Notes: generated by a model not told the origin, from the sequence alone. A DNA stretch of 64,000 bases from Octopus sinensis (GCF_006345805.1 NC_043006.1:89962001-90026000), one strand, 5' to 3'. Positions 36,566 to 50,244 are shown, counted from the stretch's first letter. Made by a program: numbers and translations.

Positions 36566-38330
36566 TGATTAATAATAATAATAATAATAATAATAAATTA
36601 AAATTATAAGCTGCATTTTTACAGTTTCAGTTAATGTTATGCAAAAATTTAGAATCTTATTTCACTTAAACTAGTCGAAAAGGCAAGTAAATCAAATAAT
36701 TTCTTAAAATGGTTTACTGTCTTCAAACAAAACTGAATATAAGGAAAATAAATGTCAAAAAAATAAAGAATAAAGAAAATAATAAAAAGCAATACAAACA
36801 GCGAAAACAGATAAAAAAATGATACTAGAAAAAATGATGAAATGAAAAATATCATAATGGAATAATCAAGAAGATCCAATAAAGTATAAAAGTTTCTAAA
36901 TTATAAATATATTTTTTTTCTTCTGGAGAAATTCTGCTTTTAGCTAAAATAAGAAACAGTATTTTCAGAAAAAAAAAGATAAATCCAAACAAAATTTTTA
37001 AAAAGTTAAAAACAAAACAACCCAAACAATTATAAAACTTGACAAAAGTTTGCTTAGGATGTAAAAAAAAAAAATCAGTTTTCTTTAGTATGCAATATAT
37101 ATATATATACACACACATACATATGTATATATACATATGTGTATGTATATGTGTGTGTACGTATGTATGTTTATTTTTATATATACATATTTATGTATAT
37201 CTGTGTGTGTGCATATAAATATATGTATATAGACATACATGCATACATATAGATGTATATAGATGTGTGTGTGTATTTATACATACATGTTTATGCATAT
37301 AAGCATATATATTCATATATATAACATATACATTTGAAAAGATAATCTACTTGTAACAATGTTTTCTTCTATTTTATTAAATCTGCAAAATAAGTGGTAA
37401 GAAAAATAAAACCATAGAACTACGGAAGAAAAATATAAAGCAAAACAAGACAGAGTAATTGAATTCCCAACCGAATTATTATGACAATGATACGAGAACC
37501 TAAAGTGGACTAATCATATCAATGGTAGTCTTCCATAAGGTACCATTTGGAAAGAAATATGCATAAAACAAATCCATCTGTCCATATTCTACATTTGCAG
37601 ATTTTTCGAGGTTGTTCTGGTACTTCTCTGCTTTGAGTAGTCACAGCTCTGGAACTTTAGACATGTAAATGGGATTAGAATGTTGCAGGTAAGGGTTGGA
37701 AAATAGATTCTTCAAGTTAGACCAACAGGCAGGAGGGGTTCGAATGACAGACCAAGGATAAGATTGCTTACTTAATATCCATAGTCTGAGGTGGTCATGC
37801 TTGGGAATCCATCACAAAGTCTAATGTTGGTTGCTTCTGATAGGACTGAATGGAGAAGGTGCCTGAGGATTTTACCCTCATGGTCCAGCCAAGAATACTG
37901 GCTGGAGTAAATGGGTGGATAGTTAAGCTCATTGAAGAATTTAGCTAAATGTTACATCAAGCCATTTTAAAATCCTATGTACAATTTGAAGGAGTGTACA
38001 GTCAAGGGTTTTGTATAATGTCACCTGGGACAAGTTTCACTAACTCAGTCTAAGTAGCTGTAAATAGATGCTGTTGTTGTAAACAGATGGTGCTTTTGCC
38101 ATGAAATTGTTCTGGGTTCAATTCCACAATACAGCACATCAGCTCAAATGTTTCCTACGACAGCATCAGGTTGACAAAAAAAAAAAAGATGAAAATTGCA
38201 AGGAAGCTTGTCATCAATACAGCATTCAAAGACAAGCGCACACACACACACAAACGTGTGTGTGTGTGCGTGCATGCACGTGCATACACATATGTGCATA
38301 TATCCATATACATACATATGTACATACATA

Positions 38331-38536
38331 CATCATCATTGTTTAACATCGGCTCTCCATGTGTTGGACGGTTTGACTGAGGACTGGCAAACCAGGAGGT
38401 TGCACCAGGCTCCAATCTGATCTGGCAAAGTTTCTACAGCAGATTGGAGCCTGGTGCAGCCTTCTGGCTTGCCTGTCCTCAGTCAAACTGTCCAACCCAT
38501 GCCAGCATGGAGAGTGGATGTTAAATGATGATGATG
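38331..38536. repeat. Fold-back duplicated RTE tail (head-to-head, 20-nt spacer)
   Basis: 38331-38419 is the reverse complement of 38440-38536; the flanking microsatellite is also mirrored. Confidence 0.85.
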
Positions 38537-38584
38537 CATGTATGTACATATGTATGTATGTATGTATGTATCTATCTATCTATC

Positions 38585-38628
<44 letters not shown>

Positions 38629-38914
38629 TATATATGACCTTTGAAGATTGGGTTGAACATTGGGCCTCACAGAGGCAATGACAGGAGACCAAGATCTTTT
38701 GAGATATGCTGTGATTGAGAAGACCTGGCAACTAAAGTGAGATTGAAGCCATGACTGAAGTCAGTGTTGCATGTCCGGCCCATTTAAGAGAACTCTTGAT
38801 GCGTTGGTCGATATGATATGCATGAGAAGACCTGTTGAGTCAAGTAAAACCAAAACTGTAGCTGTGGCCGGTGCTGATGGCATGTAAAATGCACTATCTG
38901 AACATGGTTGATGA

Positions 38915-39144
38915 TTGTGTGTGTGTGTGTACATATGGATATGTATTTATGTCTATTTAAGAAGTGTGTTTGTATGTATGCGGATATATATACATATGTC
39001 TATTCTAGTAGGGTGTATGTATGTATATGAATGTATGTATACATGTATATATGTATATGTGTGTGTGTATGTATATATTTATATATATGTATGTATGTAT
39101 ATGTTTATGTATATGTATGTATGTATATATCTGTTACTTATATG
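38915..39144 (+). repeat. 230-bp direct repeat (pLTR-like) also at 41961-42196
   Basis: Shared non-trivial sequence ACATATGGATATGTATTTATGTCTATTTAAGAAG...CTATTCTAGTAGGGTG...CTGTTACTTATATG. Confidence 0.85.
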
Positions 39145-39262
39145 ACTGGCTCCTGTGACAGTGGCACACAAAAAGCACCCACTATCTAAGTCAAACCGTC
39201 CAACCCATACTAGCATGGAAAACAGACATTAAACGATGATGATGATATATATATATATATAT

Positions 39263-39996
39263 TAGGAAAACAGTCATAGAATTTGATAACAAATTATGGG
39301 CTAGGAAGGACACACTCAACTTATTTGACATCACTATGGGATCACCAGATTCAGCGGAAGCGACTGATTTAGTAGGGATGTATTTACTGGATAATTTAAG
39401 TAGGGAATTCCCTGAATTGAAGGGCGGCCTATATAGAGATGATGCTTTGTTTTTAATTAAGAATACATCTAATAGAAGACTAGAAATACTGAAAAAACGA
39501 CTGCACAAATTTTTTAAGAGTTTTGATTTATCAATAATTATTGAAAATGAAAATTACTCTGTCAATTATTTAGATGTTAATTGCAACCTCACTAATGGAA
39601 TACATGAACCTTATGTTAAACCTAATTCTAATTTAGTCTATATAAACTACTCTAGCAATCACCCACCTCAAATTAAAAAGTCACTTTTGCTTAGCATCAG
39701 TCAAAGAATCTCTTATCTATCCTCGAACGTAGATATATTTAATAGACATAGTGAAAAATACGACTCTGCATTACATAAGGCAGGTTATACTGGTAGAATT
39801 AAGTATATACCTAGTAACAACCTCAGTGATAGAAGTAGGTCAACTACTACAAATATAAATGGGTTGGGTGGGGCTAACGGCAACTCTAGGGTAAAGGGCA
39901 ATAAGGAATATAATATTGTGAATGGTAATAATGCTAGTAGCGGTATAAACAGAGCTAATGATTTTATATTAAATGACTTTGCATATAACATTAATT

Positions 39997-40038
<42 letters not shown>

Positions 40039-41174
40039 TTAATAATATTTACGGAAATAGAAAAACTTCTTTACACCTTAATAACAATAACAATTATGAC
40101 AAGGTTTTTAATCATAATCTTGGTAATATAAATCATAGAAAGTGTAGGGGAAATTAGGGGAATAGGGTATTTGTTAATAATAGGAATATGATAGGTAACC
40201 AACATAGCGATAATGATACACTATAGCTAATAATTCCATATACTATGCAAATTAAAACTGACATAGTTGGAATTATCCATAGTTTATTGTACAAGCATTT
40301 TGGGAAGGGAAAGAATAAATATTGTAACATAATTAATAATAAAACTATTAGAATAGGATACAGCCTTACTCCTAATTTGGCCACCATAATATCCTCTTTT
40401 AATAATAGAAAATTAGACCATTTCTATCTTGATAGAAAGATAAACTTGGGTAGCAGTAATGTGCCTCACTACCACTTGAGATTTAATAATTTTAATAGTG
40501 CGAGTGTGAGTAGCCCTAATGGAGGTAATAATAGCGGTATTTCTGTAACGACGAATAGTAACATGGTTGATGATATTGGTATTAGTAGTAGTAGTTCTAA
40601 CAATTTGAATAATATTAATAATGTTAAATATAGACCACCATTGAATATACATTAATTAGTGAGAATGATGTTAACATTATCAATAATAATATTGATGCTG
40701 AGAATCATAATAAGGTTAAACTTTATCAATTAGATAATGACTGCAATTGTAGAATTAAAGACAACTGTGTGTTCAATAATGAATGCTTGAAAAAAGAGGT
40801 GGTTTACCAATGTATTGTGAGTACACAATGCGATAGTAGGGTATATATTGGTGCTACTAAAAATAGTCTGAAACAGAGACTTAATTATCATAGATACACC
40901 TTTAGCAATAGGAATAGGATTAATTCTACAGGGTTAAGTACATATATTTAGGAGCTTAAGAGCAAGAATATAGATTATACATTGGAAATATAATTTACAT
41001 TGGAAAATACTTACTTCTGCACCAGCGTATAATAATATGACTAGAAAATGCTCTTTATGCATTAATGAAATTTTCTTTATTATCAAAGCTAATTTACCTA
41101 TTATAAATAATCTTAAGGAACGTAATGTTTCATGCCTTCATAGACTAGCGTATACTTTCTCTAGATTTAAATAG
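39263..41174 (+). pseudogene. Second Hydra-like PLE RT plus GIY-YIG ORF, 5'-truncated, disrupted
   Basis: MGSPDSAEATDLVG, GLYRDD, NHPPQI, Asn-rich linker, CNCRIKDNCVFNNECL, VVYQC..VYIG, CSLCINE, CLH; TAG stops and frameshifts. Confidence 0.9.
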
Positions 41175-41859
41175 CACTTAGTTTTAAATTAGTAATTTTA
41201 AATGACTTAAATAGTTGTTATAGACTTATGTACTGTATTTATCTAGGAATACTAATTCTGCCATAAACCATGGGCATACTAATTTTATATTTCTATGTAT
41301 AAGTGTTTTGTTTTGTTTTGTTTTTGAATGTCTATGTATTTGTATATTTTGATATAGGGCTTTTTGTGTGTGTGTGTATTTTGATATATATCTAATTTTC
41401 TACTGGTCTCTCATGTATATGTATATCATATGATATGCATTCAGTTTTGGACTTCGGTGTATTGATGTGTACTTAGTATGGGTCAATGTACTAAACACAT
41501 GATGATCACTATTGGATGCATACATGTGTATACATGCATATGTGTGTATATGTATGTGTGTACGTATATACTGCCATATATTTATTTTTCATGTAGGTCT
41601 TTGTATGAATCCACATGGTGGTCTTCAATATTAAGTTGTTTTTATGTATGTTTGTACTTATTTGTACTTTTTTATTTATTCGTACTTGATAATTCATTAT
41701 AACATATATATGTATATGTGTGCATTTGTGTATGTATATGCACGAGTGTATGTGTATGTGTAGGCATGCATGTATATCCGTATTTATGTGTGTGCATATT
41801 TATGTGTGCATGTATGTATGTATGTGTATGTTTTTATGTATGTGTGTGTGTATGTGTGT

Positions 41860-41900
<41 letters not shown>

Positions 41901-43354
41901 GGTGTAGTCGTGCATATATGTATGTATATGTTTTGTGTGTATGTGTATGTGCTGTTGAAGTTGTGTGTGTGTGTGTACATATGGATATGTATTTATGTCT
42001 ATTTAAGAAGTGTGTTTGTATGTATGCGGATATATATATGTCTATTCTAGTAGGGTGTATGTATGTATATGAATGTATGTATACATGTATATATGTATAT
42101 ATGTATATGTGTGTGTGTATGTGTATGTATATATTTATATATATGTATGTATGTATATGTTTATGTATATGTATGTATATATCTGTTACTTATATGTATG
42201 TATATTTATGTGTGGGTATATATGTATATATGTATGTGTGTATGTATGAATGTTCATGTCTGTATATATGAGTATTTGTATGTATGTTGTATATGTATAT
42301 TATGCATATGTGTGGCTGTTTATAGGTCTGTATGCAGGTGTGCATGTGAAAGTTTATATACGTATATGCATATATATTTACTTATGTACCTCAACCTATA
42401 TTGGATTAAGATATTTGTTGTATTTATACAGGTTTATAGGAAACGGGTGGACTGAATATTTGTTTGTTTAGTTTTAACTACATATGTGGTCCATCTCGAT
42501 ATTAATGGTTTTGATCTAACATTTATTTAATTACGAGGATATAATTGTATTACCTTTGATCAATAATAAATTACCTATTATATATAGGAGTACATAGATA
42601 TGATAATGAATAACCTTGGATTAATATTAAATAACCATCTTATATCAGTAAATGGATGTATAAATGAATGGATAGGTATTAATATAGAATTAAAATATGA
42701 ATAGTTACATATTTGAGTAACATTAAAATTATATATCGATCTCTAAAATATCCACAATAATAAACTTAAACTAGAAGATAATATATGGTCAGATACAGAA
42801 TATTTTGTTTTTATTACGGTATTTTATACAACTTAACTTTTGCAACGAGTTTAATTGGGGAGGTGAAAAGGCTGATGTTAAGTTGACTATATGGATTTGC
42901 ATTATAGTAACGGTATATTTACACGGTGAATTTGATTTTTGTATCTTTCGTAAATTTCTTCCTATTTCTTTACCATAAATCTTGTCAAATGTGTATTGCA
43001 TAGTTTCTATTTCTTTCAAAGCTTTGTCTGAATATTTTCCAACCTTTGCCAAATATATATTCCTAACGTATAATACCCTTTTAGGCCATTTTTTATATAT
43101 TAGGAATTAGCATAGTTTTCACTTTAAATGGTTTATAATATTATTTTTTTAGTTATTAGTATGTATGTGTATGTATATATATGTATATGTGTATGTGGGT
43201 GTTTATAAGTATATGTATACGTGTATATATGTATGTATATGTGTATATGGATATGTATGTATGTATGTATGTATGTGTGTATTTATGTGCATATGCTTAT
43301 CTATCTGTACGTGTGTATGTGTGTATATATGTATGTATGTACGTATGTGTATTT

Positions 43355-44702
43355 TAACCAACCAACCATAACTAAGACAATGAAATTTAAATGTGACAAC
43401 CAATTGGATTTAGCTTGAGATTGTAAATAATCTCTCCCCTACCCCTGTAAGATTTTTAACCACTGTAATACTGTATTGATAACAACGTAAGCATAGCCCG
43501 TTACAGCCTATATCTTACCTCTTGATCTGTGAACTCTATGTATGTACATGCATATATCTTTTGTATGATGTAAAAGGATAAAATCTCTTTATATATGTAT
43601 ATGTATTAGTCGATGTTTTTACGCATGTATGTATTTGCATATACATGTATTTGTTACCTGTGTGTATATATATGTATGCAGATTAAGACTGAAGTTTCGA
43701 TTTTGACTGTATGATATATGAATATAATGGCATTATTTGTTACATAATTTGTTGAATTAATGTGCTTGCATCTTCCATAAACATCTGTCGATATATTATG
43801 TTATACTATATTATATATGTAATATATTATATTATATTATATTATATTATATTACACTATATTATATTATACTATATTTTATGTGGTATTTTCCATCTAC
43901 TATGTATTGTGAATAGCATAATACACATATTCCATTATTGGTATTATTAATAATAATAATAATAATAATATTAATAGTTTTGGTAATTTAATATAATGAA
44001 CTTTGGACTTAGTATATGTACCCATTGATGTGGATGTGTTTGTATACTCCAGTATATATATTTGATTATATGTAACCTTATGTGTATGTATATTATTATA
44101 TATATACTTATATATATGTATATATATATATATGTATATACACTTATATATATATATATTCTTGTGTATGTGTATTTTGTTTCATATTTATATTTGCATT
44201 TATATTTTTATAATTGTACTTTATAATCTCTGACGAGGCTTTGGGATATATATATAAGTAACCCATTTTCAAGTGCATATTACCTCAATACATATGACTA
44301 ATATAGGTACAATAAGATACCTTTATCTACAGGCTGAAACAACTGTAAGATCCATTATATATGTATTATTTTTATGGTATTATCCTACTTATTGATGTAT
44401 ATTGTTTTATTCTGTTTTATTCTGTTGGATTTGGATGTTCCTATTTAAGTAGTTAATAAATAATATGAATTGGTATTATCTGAAAGTCGATGATTGAAAT
44501 GAATCTGTTCTTCCATTTTCTTAATTGTATTATGATTTTGAGGTAAAACATTTTACCTTCGCCCATCTAATACAATAAATGAACTAATTGCATTGCAATT
44601 GTAAGCATTTATGTATTAGCCTTTTGGGTACTTCAGTGGCAGTATATTGGATAACTGATATCCCATAGTGGGTTACGCTCATAACCCCTATCTCACTTTG
44701 TA
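43355..44702 (+). mobile_element. PLE-type 3' terminal region ending in (TA)n
   Basis: Carries a hammerhead; the terminal 250 nt recur at 56319-56586. Confidence 0.65.
44226..44351 (+). ncRNA. Type I hammerhead ribozyme, intact core, about 90-nt stem II insertion
   Basis: Stem I ATCT/AGAT; CTGACGA (44230-36); stem II GGCTT/AGGCT; GAAAC-AACT-GTA; predicted cleavage after A44347. Confidence 0.8.
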
Positions 44703-44749
<47 letters not shown>

Positions 44750-45034
44750 TGTAGGAAGTGGTATAAGAGAGAGTTTGCAATTAAGGCTCCCTCGGGGGCA
44801 GAGATAGTTGTTGTTTAGCCCCAGGTCAAAATAGACAGTAATGTATACGAAAAACAAAGACATTCAGTTGTATTTTGAAGAAGACTTGGCTGCTATTTCT
44901 AACAGGCTGCTTGCCTTATGGGCAGGAATAAAGTTAATAAGTTCTATTTATCTCTGCATCAATGAAGACAACAACAAAGTGGAGCTTAAATCTCCTTAAA
45001 CCAGATTTCAACATTTTATAAAAGCAGAGGAGCA

Positions 45035-45246
45035 GGATGTGTGATTGTAAAGCTCGTTTTGCAACCATGTAGTCTCAGGTTCAGTCCCACTGCATGCTAC
45101 CCTAGCCTGACATCTTCCACTATAACTCTTTGCTGACCAATGCCTGCTGAGGGAATTTAGGAGACAGAAACACCCATTGTGTGTGTGCACATGTGCATGT
45201 GTGTGTGTGTCTGTGTTTGTGTGTGTGTGTCTTTGTGTTTGTCTCA

Positions 45247-45296
<50 letters not shown>

Positions 45297-45500
45297 ACAC
45301 ACACACACACATTGCAAAATAACAGGTATTGGTTTGTTTACATTCTAGAAAATTAGTGTATCAGGAAAGGAGGCTGATACAATAAATACCAGACTTGAGA
45401 AAGATAATAATAATAGGACTGATTTCTTGCACAAAACACTTCAAGGTATTGCCTCAGCATGGCCACAGGCCAATGACTGGTAAAAAGTAAAAGATAAAAA
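45035..45500 (+). mobile_element. SINE family A with (TG)n/(CT)n expansion
   Basis: GGTTCAGTCCCACTGC head and CAGCATGGCCACAGGCCAATGACTG tail. Confidence 0.7.
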
Positions 45501-46524
45501 TATAATGTGTTCCGTTCAGGCATGCTGGAAGGAGATTTGTATTGTTTTTCTGCATTTCCTGCTGTCTTTGTTGTATAGGTAGCAGTAAGCAGTAGTGTTG
45601 CTGTGAAATGATGTTAAAAAGAAACGACACAACTTTCACCCTCTTCGATTTCCCATAAAATGCAAGAGATCACAGTTCCTTACGAAATCCTTACTAAAAC
45701 TGAAAGTTCACATTCTACAATAGCACCCAGGTGGTGCTATTAAGTTAGACATGGCCTGGGCCAATACTGGCCAAAAACCTTTCTAAGTTATTCTAAGTTA
45801 TTATACAATTCCAATTTCCAACATGGTAAATAGATTTGGGAAGAAAATTTTTGTAATGTTTTAGACAGTTCCGAAATATGTCAGAGCTTACAACAAATGT
45901 TCGTTTTATTTATGAGGAAATGGTAATAAACATTTCTGAAGCATAAATGGCACTGTTAGTCTGAGATCACTGGACAGAGAAAATGGCTTAGTAGATATAT
46001 ATATCTTCTCTCTATCTCCCTCTCTGCATACATGTGTATGTGTGTGTATTTATATACCTATGTTTGTAAATGCTATAACTGTTTATATTTTTATTCATAC
46101 ATGCATACATACAAATGCATAAGTAAATATATATATGTATATATATATATTATATACAGACACAGAAATATACATATGTATATATAATACATACACAGAC
46201 ACACAAACACACAGACATACAAACACACACACACACACACACACACATACACACACACACACATGCACAGTCAAGTATATTAGTTTATGAGAATTGCATT
46301 CATGTAATTCAGTGAAGTATGTATCTATAAATATAGACATATGAAAATGTGAGGAGGGAGTGGAGGGAAGGAAGGGAGCATAGAATAACAACATTTATTA
46401 TCATCATTATATGATAGAATTACCTGACCGATCCAGTTCCTTCCTGATTTTTTGTCTGTTCAGCAGACTGAAGATCCTTTGGTTTAGTGATAACAAGCTA
46501 AATGTAGCATCATTAGGACATTAG

Positions 46525-46710
46525 CATTGCAGAGTGGGTAAGGAGTTTTCCTTAGAAGCACATGGTTCTGGGTTCAACATCACTGTGTGGCACCTTGGGC
46601 AAGTGTCTTCTACCATAGCCTTAGATTGACCAATCAACTGCTAACTTGTAAGTGGAATTTGGTAGATGGAAACTGTGCAGAAGCCTGTTGTGTGTGTGTA
46701 TATTTATACA
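46525..46710 (+). mobile_element. SINE family A head
   Basis: GGTTCTGGGTTCAAC..GGCACCTTGGGCAAGTGTCTTCTAC. Confidence 0.75.
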
Positions 46711-46734
46711 TACCTGGTGTTTACAACTTGATTT

Positions 46735-46965
46735 CAAGTAACGCCATTACTTGATTGTTCTCTGAAATACGTAAAGCACAGATGAGGATTTTCAGTCCCG
46801 CTTGGGACTTACACTCTATTTTACAGACTTGACAATGATGGGCATCCTCTGCAGTAGGTGGTAGAATATTGTTTCGGTGAATCTTAATATGATGCTTCAG
46901 CCCATTTCCTGACACACATTCTTTTCCACACTCTCTTTAAGTAGGAAACCTTCCACTCATCAAGG
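46735..46965 (-). pseudogene. Decayed pair of C2H2 zinc fingers (LINE C-terminus or ZNF remnant)
   Basis: ECGKECVSGNGLKHHIKIH..HCQVCKIECKSQAGLK; the first Cys is replaced by a stop and there is a frameshift before the second His pair. Confidence 0.5.
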
Positions 46966-46984
46966 GCCCAGTGCCAGTTCTTGA

Positions 46985-47135
46985 GATCATCGTCATCATC
47001 ATCGTTTAACGTCCGTTTTCCATACTAGCATGGATTGGACAGTTGGACTGGGGTCTGGGAAGCCAGGAGGCTGCACCAGGCTCCAGTCTGATCTGGCAGT
47101 GTTTCTACAGCTGGATGCCCTTCCTAACGCCAACC
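46985..47135 (-). mobile_element. RTE 3' tail
   Basis: (CAT)n GTTTAACGTCCGTTTTCCAT. Confidence 0.85.
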
Positions 47136-47715
47136 ATTTCAATACTGCCAACCATTGCACTTCTTTGAATGTCCTTTGTTTCTTTGGACTTACAGGTTGG
47201 GGACAAAATTTCTTTATGGAATGTGGTGAAGAGCATAATGAAAAACCTTAGAATTTTACAGATATATCAAGAAAGAAAGAAATTCTGAACAAGAACCAAT
47301 AAGGAATATGGTTGAAGTACAATTAGTATTTATTGTGAAGTCAAGCAAAACTGTTTAAAATAAAAGTGCAGAGTTAATGCTTAGAAAAATAATTGTTTGG
47401 GAAAAATCCTTGCTCTGCTTTTGTCTTGGTTTGTTTAAGCAGCTGGCACAAAGCTCGTATCTTTAACCATTTTGTTACCATATTTCTATTGAAATAACTG
47501 CCTTTGCATCAATTAATTCGTAAAGCAATGAAAAAGTTTAGTGAAATAACATTGTTTTTATTAATTATTAACATAAATTAACAAGAAATTTTGATGGGAG
47601 GTTTAAACTGAGATCACTTTAACCAGTTTGGTACCAACCTTGCCCTGACCTCTCCTGGCTCTCTAAGACAAGCTTCAGTTTTTAAAGGGATAGAAATTAA
47701 AACCTTCCATCAGTT

Positions 47716-48060
47716 TCATCATCATCATCGTTTAACGTCCGTTTTCCATGCTAGCATGGGTTGGACGGTTCAACTGGGGTCTGGGAAGCCAGAAGGCTGC
47801 ACCAGGCTCCAGTTTGATCTGGCAGTGTTTCTAGAGCTGGATGCCCTTCCTAATGCCAACTACTCGGTGAGTGTAGTAGGTGCTTTTTACATGCCACCGG
47901 CACAGGTGCTAGGGGAGGCTGGCAACAGCCATGATTGGTTGGTGCTCTTTACGTGCCACTGGCATGGAAGCTAGTCAAGGTGGCACTGACATTGGCCATG
48001 TATGAATGGTGATTTTTATGTGCCACCGGCACAAGTATCACAACTACAATTTCCATTTGA
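47716..48060 (-). mobile_element. RTE 3' tail with tandem units
   Basis: As for the other tails. Confidence 0.85.
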
Positions 48061-48614
48061 TTCATGTCAATTTATATTCCAAACACCAGCTTAATTACAA
48101 CAAATTTATTTTACTAATTCATTATTTTCAAAATTAATTGAAATAAAAACAAAATGCATTTCAACAGTAAGAAAAAGATTAATTGAAAAGAAACTCTTCT
48201 GTGTCTTTGTTACCATCCATAACATGAAAGTGACATGAAATTGGGGCTGGAGAAAGTACAAGCCTTGAAATTTTGATGATCTGTTTTAAAAAAAAAGAGC
48301 ATTACAGGCGTGGTTTCAATTCCAGGCCACAACAAAGACAACACTTGAGCAGTTCTAAACTAAACAAGTTACCTGTTATCACCAATTTAATTCTTTTGCA
48401 TTCAAATTCCTCAAATGTGATGCTTATTTATTCACCTTGTTTTGAATTAATTTTGCATTATCCCTTAGCTCTGAGATTTCAATGATATGACTGATTGTTT
48501 TTAGAATGGCATTGTAGGGTAAGTGTGAGAAACCAGATCTGGCCAGTTTGAAAAAAACAGTGAGAATATTTGAATTGGATTTGGCTGGTTTAAATGCTAA
48601 CGAGTTAATCTCTT

Positions 48615-48890
48615 AATTACAACCATTGGACATTTTCAGTGAAGAAACAAGCCAAATGTTATATGCAACAGAAATAAAGAGTGGCACAAAAATATGGCTG
48701 CTGGAAATTTATGAACGTCAACAGAATGATTGAAAGAAGTCCTCATGAGGAGCTGTAAGAGGAGAAATACCAGCCAAAACACTAGAAAATACATGCAATC
48801 AATATTGTGATGGATGGCACTGAACATGAGTTTCTCTTTGAAGCCAGCGATCCTCAAGAAACAGCCAGCAGCAGTAACAGTGGATGACAC
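48615..48890 (+). mobile_element. pogo-like transposase C-terminal remnant
   Basis: LQPLDI.V.K..K motif and MDGTEHEFLFE (compare DGTEDD) across frameshifts. Confidence 0.55.
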
Positions 48891-49849
48891 AGGAATAATT
48901 GATGCGTGAATGGAGAATATTTTCAATAAACAGCAAATGAAACTTGCCTTCTGTTATCTGACACATTCTCTGGAAGCATATTTCACAATAAAGATATTAA
49001 TCGTTAAGTAGAAAGGTGAGGAAACTCTCCCTTTTCTTACTGACTCTAACACACACACAAACACACACACACACACATGCATGCATGCACTCAAGCACAC
49101 ACACATACACACTCACACACAGAGTCCTTCAGAATGTAGTGGAGATGTGGTTGCGTTACAAATGTCCATACTACGTAGTGAATATCTGCGAGGTGTACAG
49201 GTAGTGAGGATGTGATAATACCTGCAAAATACCTGCATAGTCTCCCCACAGGTCTAGAAGCAGTGTTCCAATTTTTCTTCTAAATGAGATATTTAAAAAA
49301 AACAAATCAATGACAATAGATTCATAGATCATCTTAACCATTTTTTGCTAAAACTTAAGTTGCTAATTCTAGAGAGTCTCAAGAAACAAGGCGACTAAGA
49401 TAATGAAAAAGAATGTTTGGGAGGAAGTTTATAAATGAATTTACAGGTGTCTGCTTAATGACTGTATAGAGTAACTAAGTAAAGTAATGAGACATCATGG
49501 AGGTGCATGGCTGAGTGGGTAAGATGTTGCATTCATAAACTGTAAGACTGTGGTTTCAATTCCTGGAGCAGGAGATGTGTGTCTTCAGTAATCCTTAACC
49601 AGAATCAAAGATATTTGATTTGGTTAGGGATTAATCCAGAGCAATCATGGTCCACCTGCAACCCATGAGGCTTTCTGAATGGTTTGCCTAATGAAAACAA
49701 TAATCACCTTGGAATTCTTAAGTCATTTAGCCTGCCAGATGATGAGCCTTGTTTTCTGTAGCCTGTTTCTCAGAAACGAAGGTTACCTGTGTCTGATCTA
49801 GAGTCTTCATCATCAGGCCACAAAATGGCTAATGGTACTGTAATGCATA

Positions 49850-50070
49850 TATTAGTGTGTATCTTTGTGTTTGTCTTCCACTATTGCTTGACAACCAGAG
49901 TTGGTTTGTTTATGTCCCCGTAACTTAGTGGTTTGGCAAAAAAGACTATTAGAATAAGTAACAAACTTTAAAAAATAAGTATTGGAGTTGATTTGTTTGA
50001 TCAAACACGTCAAGGTGGTGCCCCAGCATGGGCCACAGTCCAATGACTGAAGCAAATAAAAGATAAAAGA
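49850..50070 (+). mobile_element. SINE family A 3' half
   Basis: TGCTTGACAACC..GTCCCCGTAACTTAG..GGTGCCCCAGCATGG. Confidence 0.8.
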
Positions 50071-50244
50071 TTTAAAAAAGAATAATTTGATGGTGGATGG
50101 CAAGGTTGGCATTTTTCAGTTTGAGAATCACAAGTCTAAGATGCCTGGATGTGAAGCAGCAGCACTGCCCCTGATACAATAGCAGTTCTTCATTGTAGGT
50201 CTTGCTACAAACTAAAGTCTCACCTTTTCAAACATTTCTCTCCA

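Noticed and set aside
45719-45741. 9-bp hairpin AATAGCACC/GGTGCTATT
   Set aside because: Too short to distinguish from chance; no associated feature
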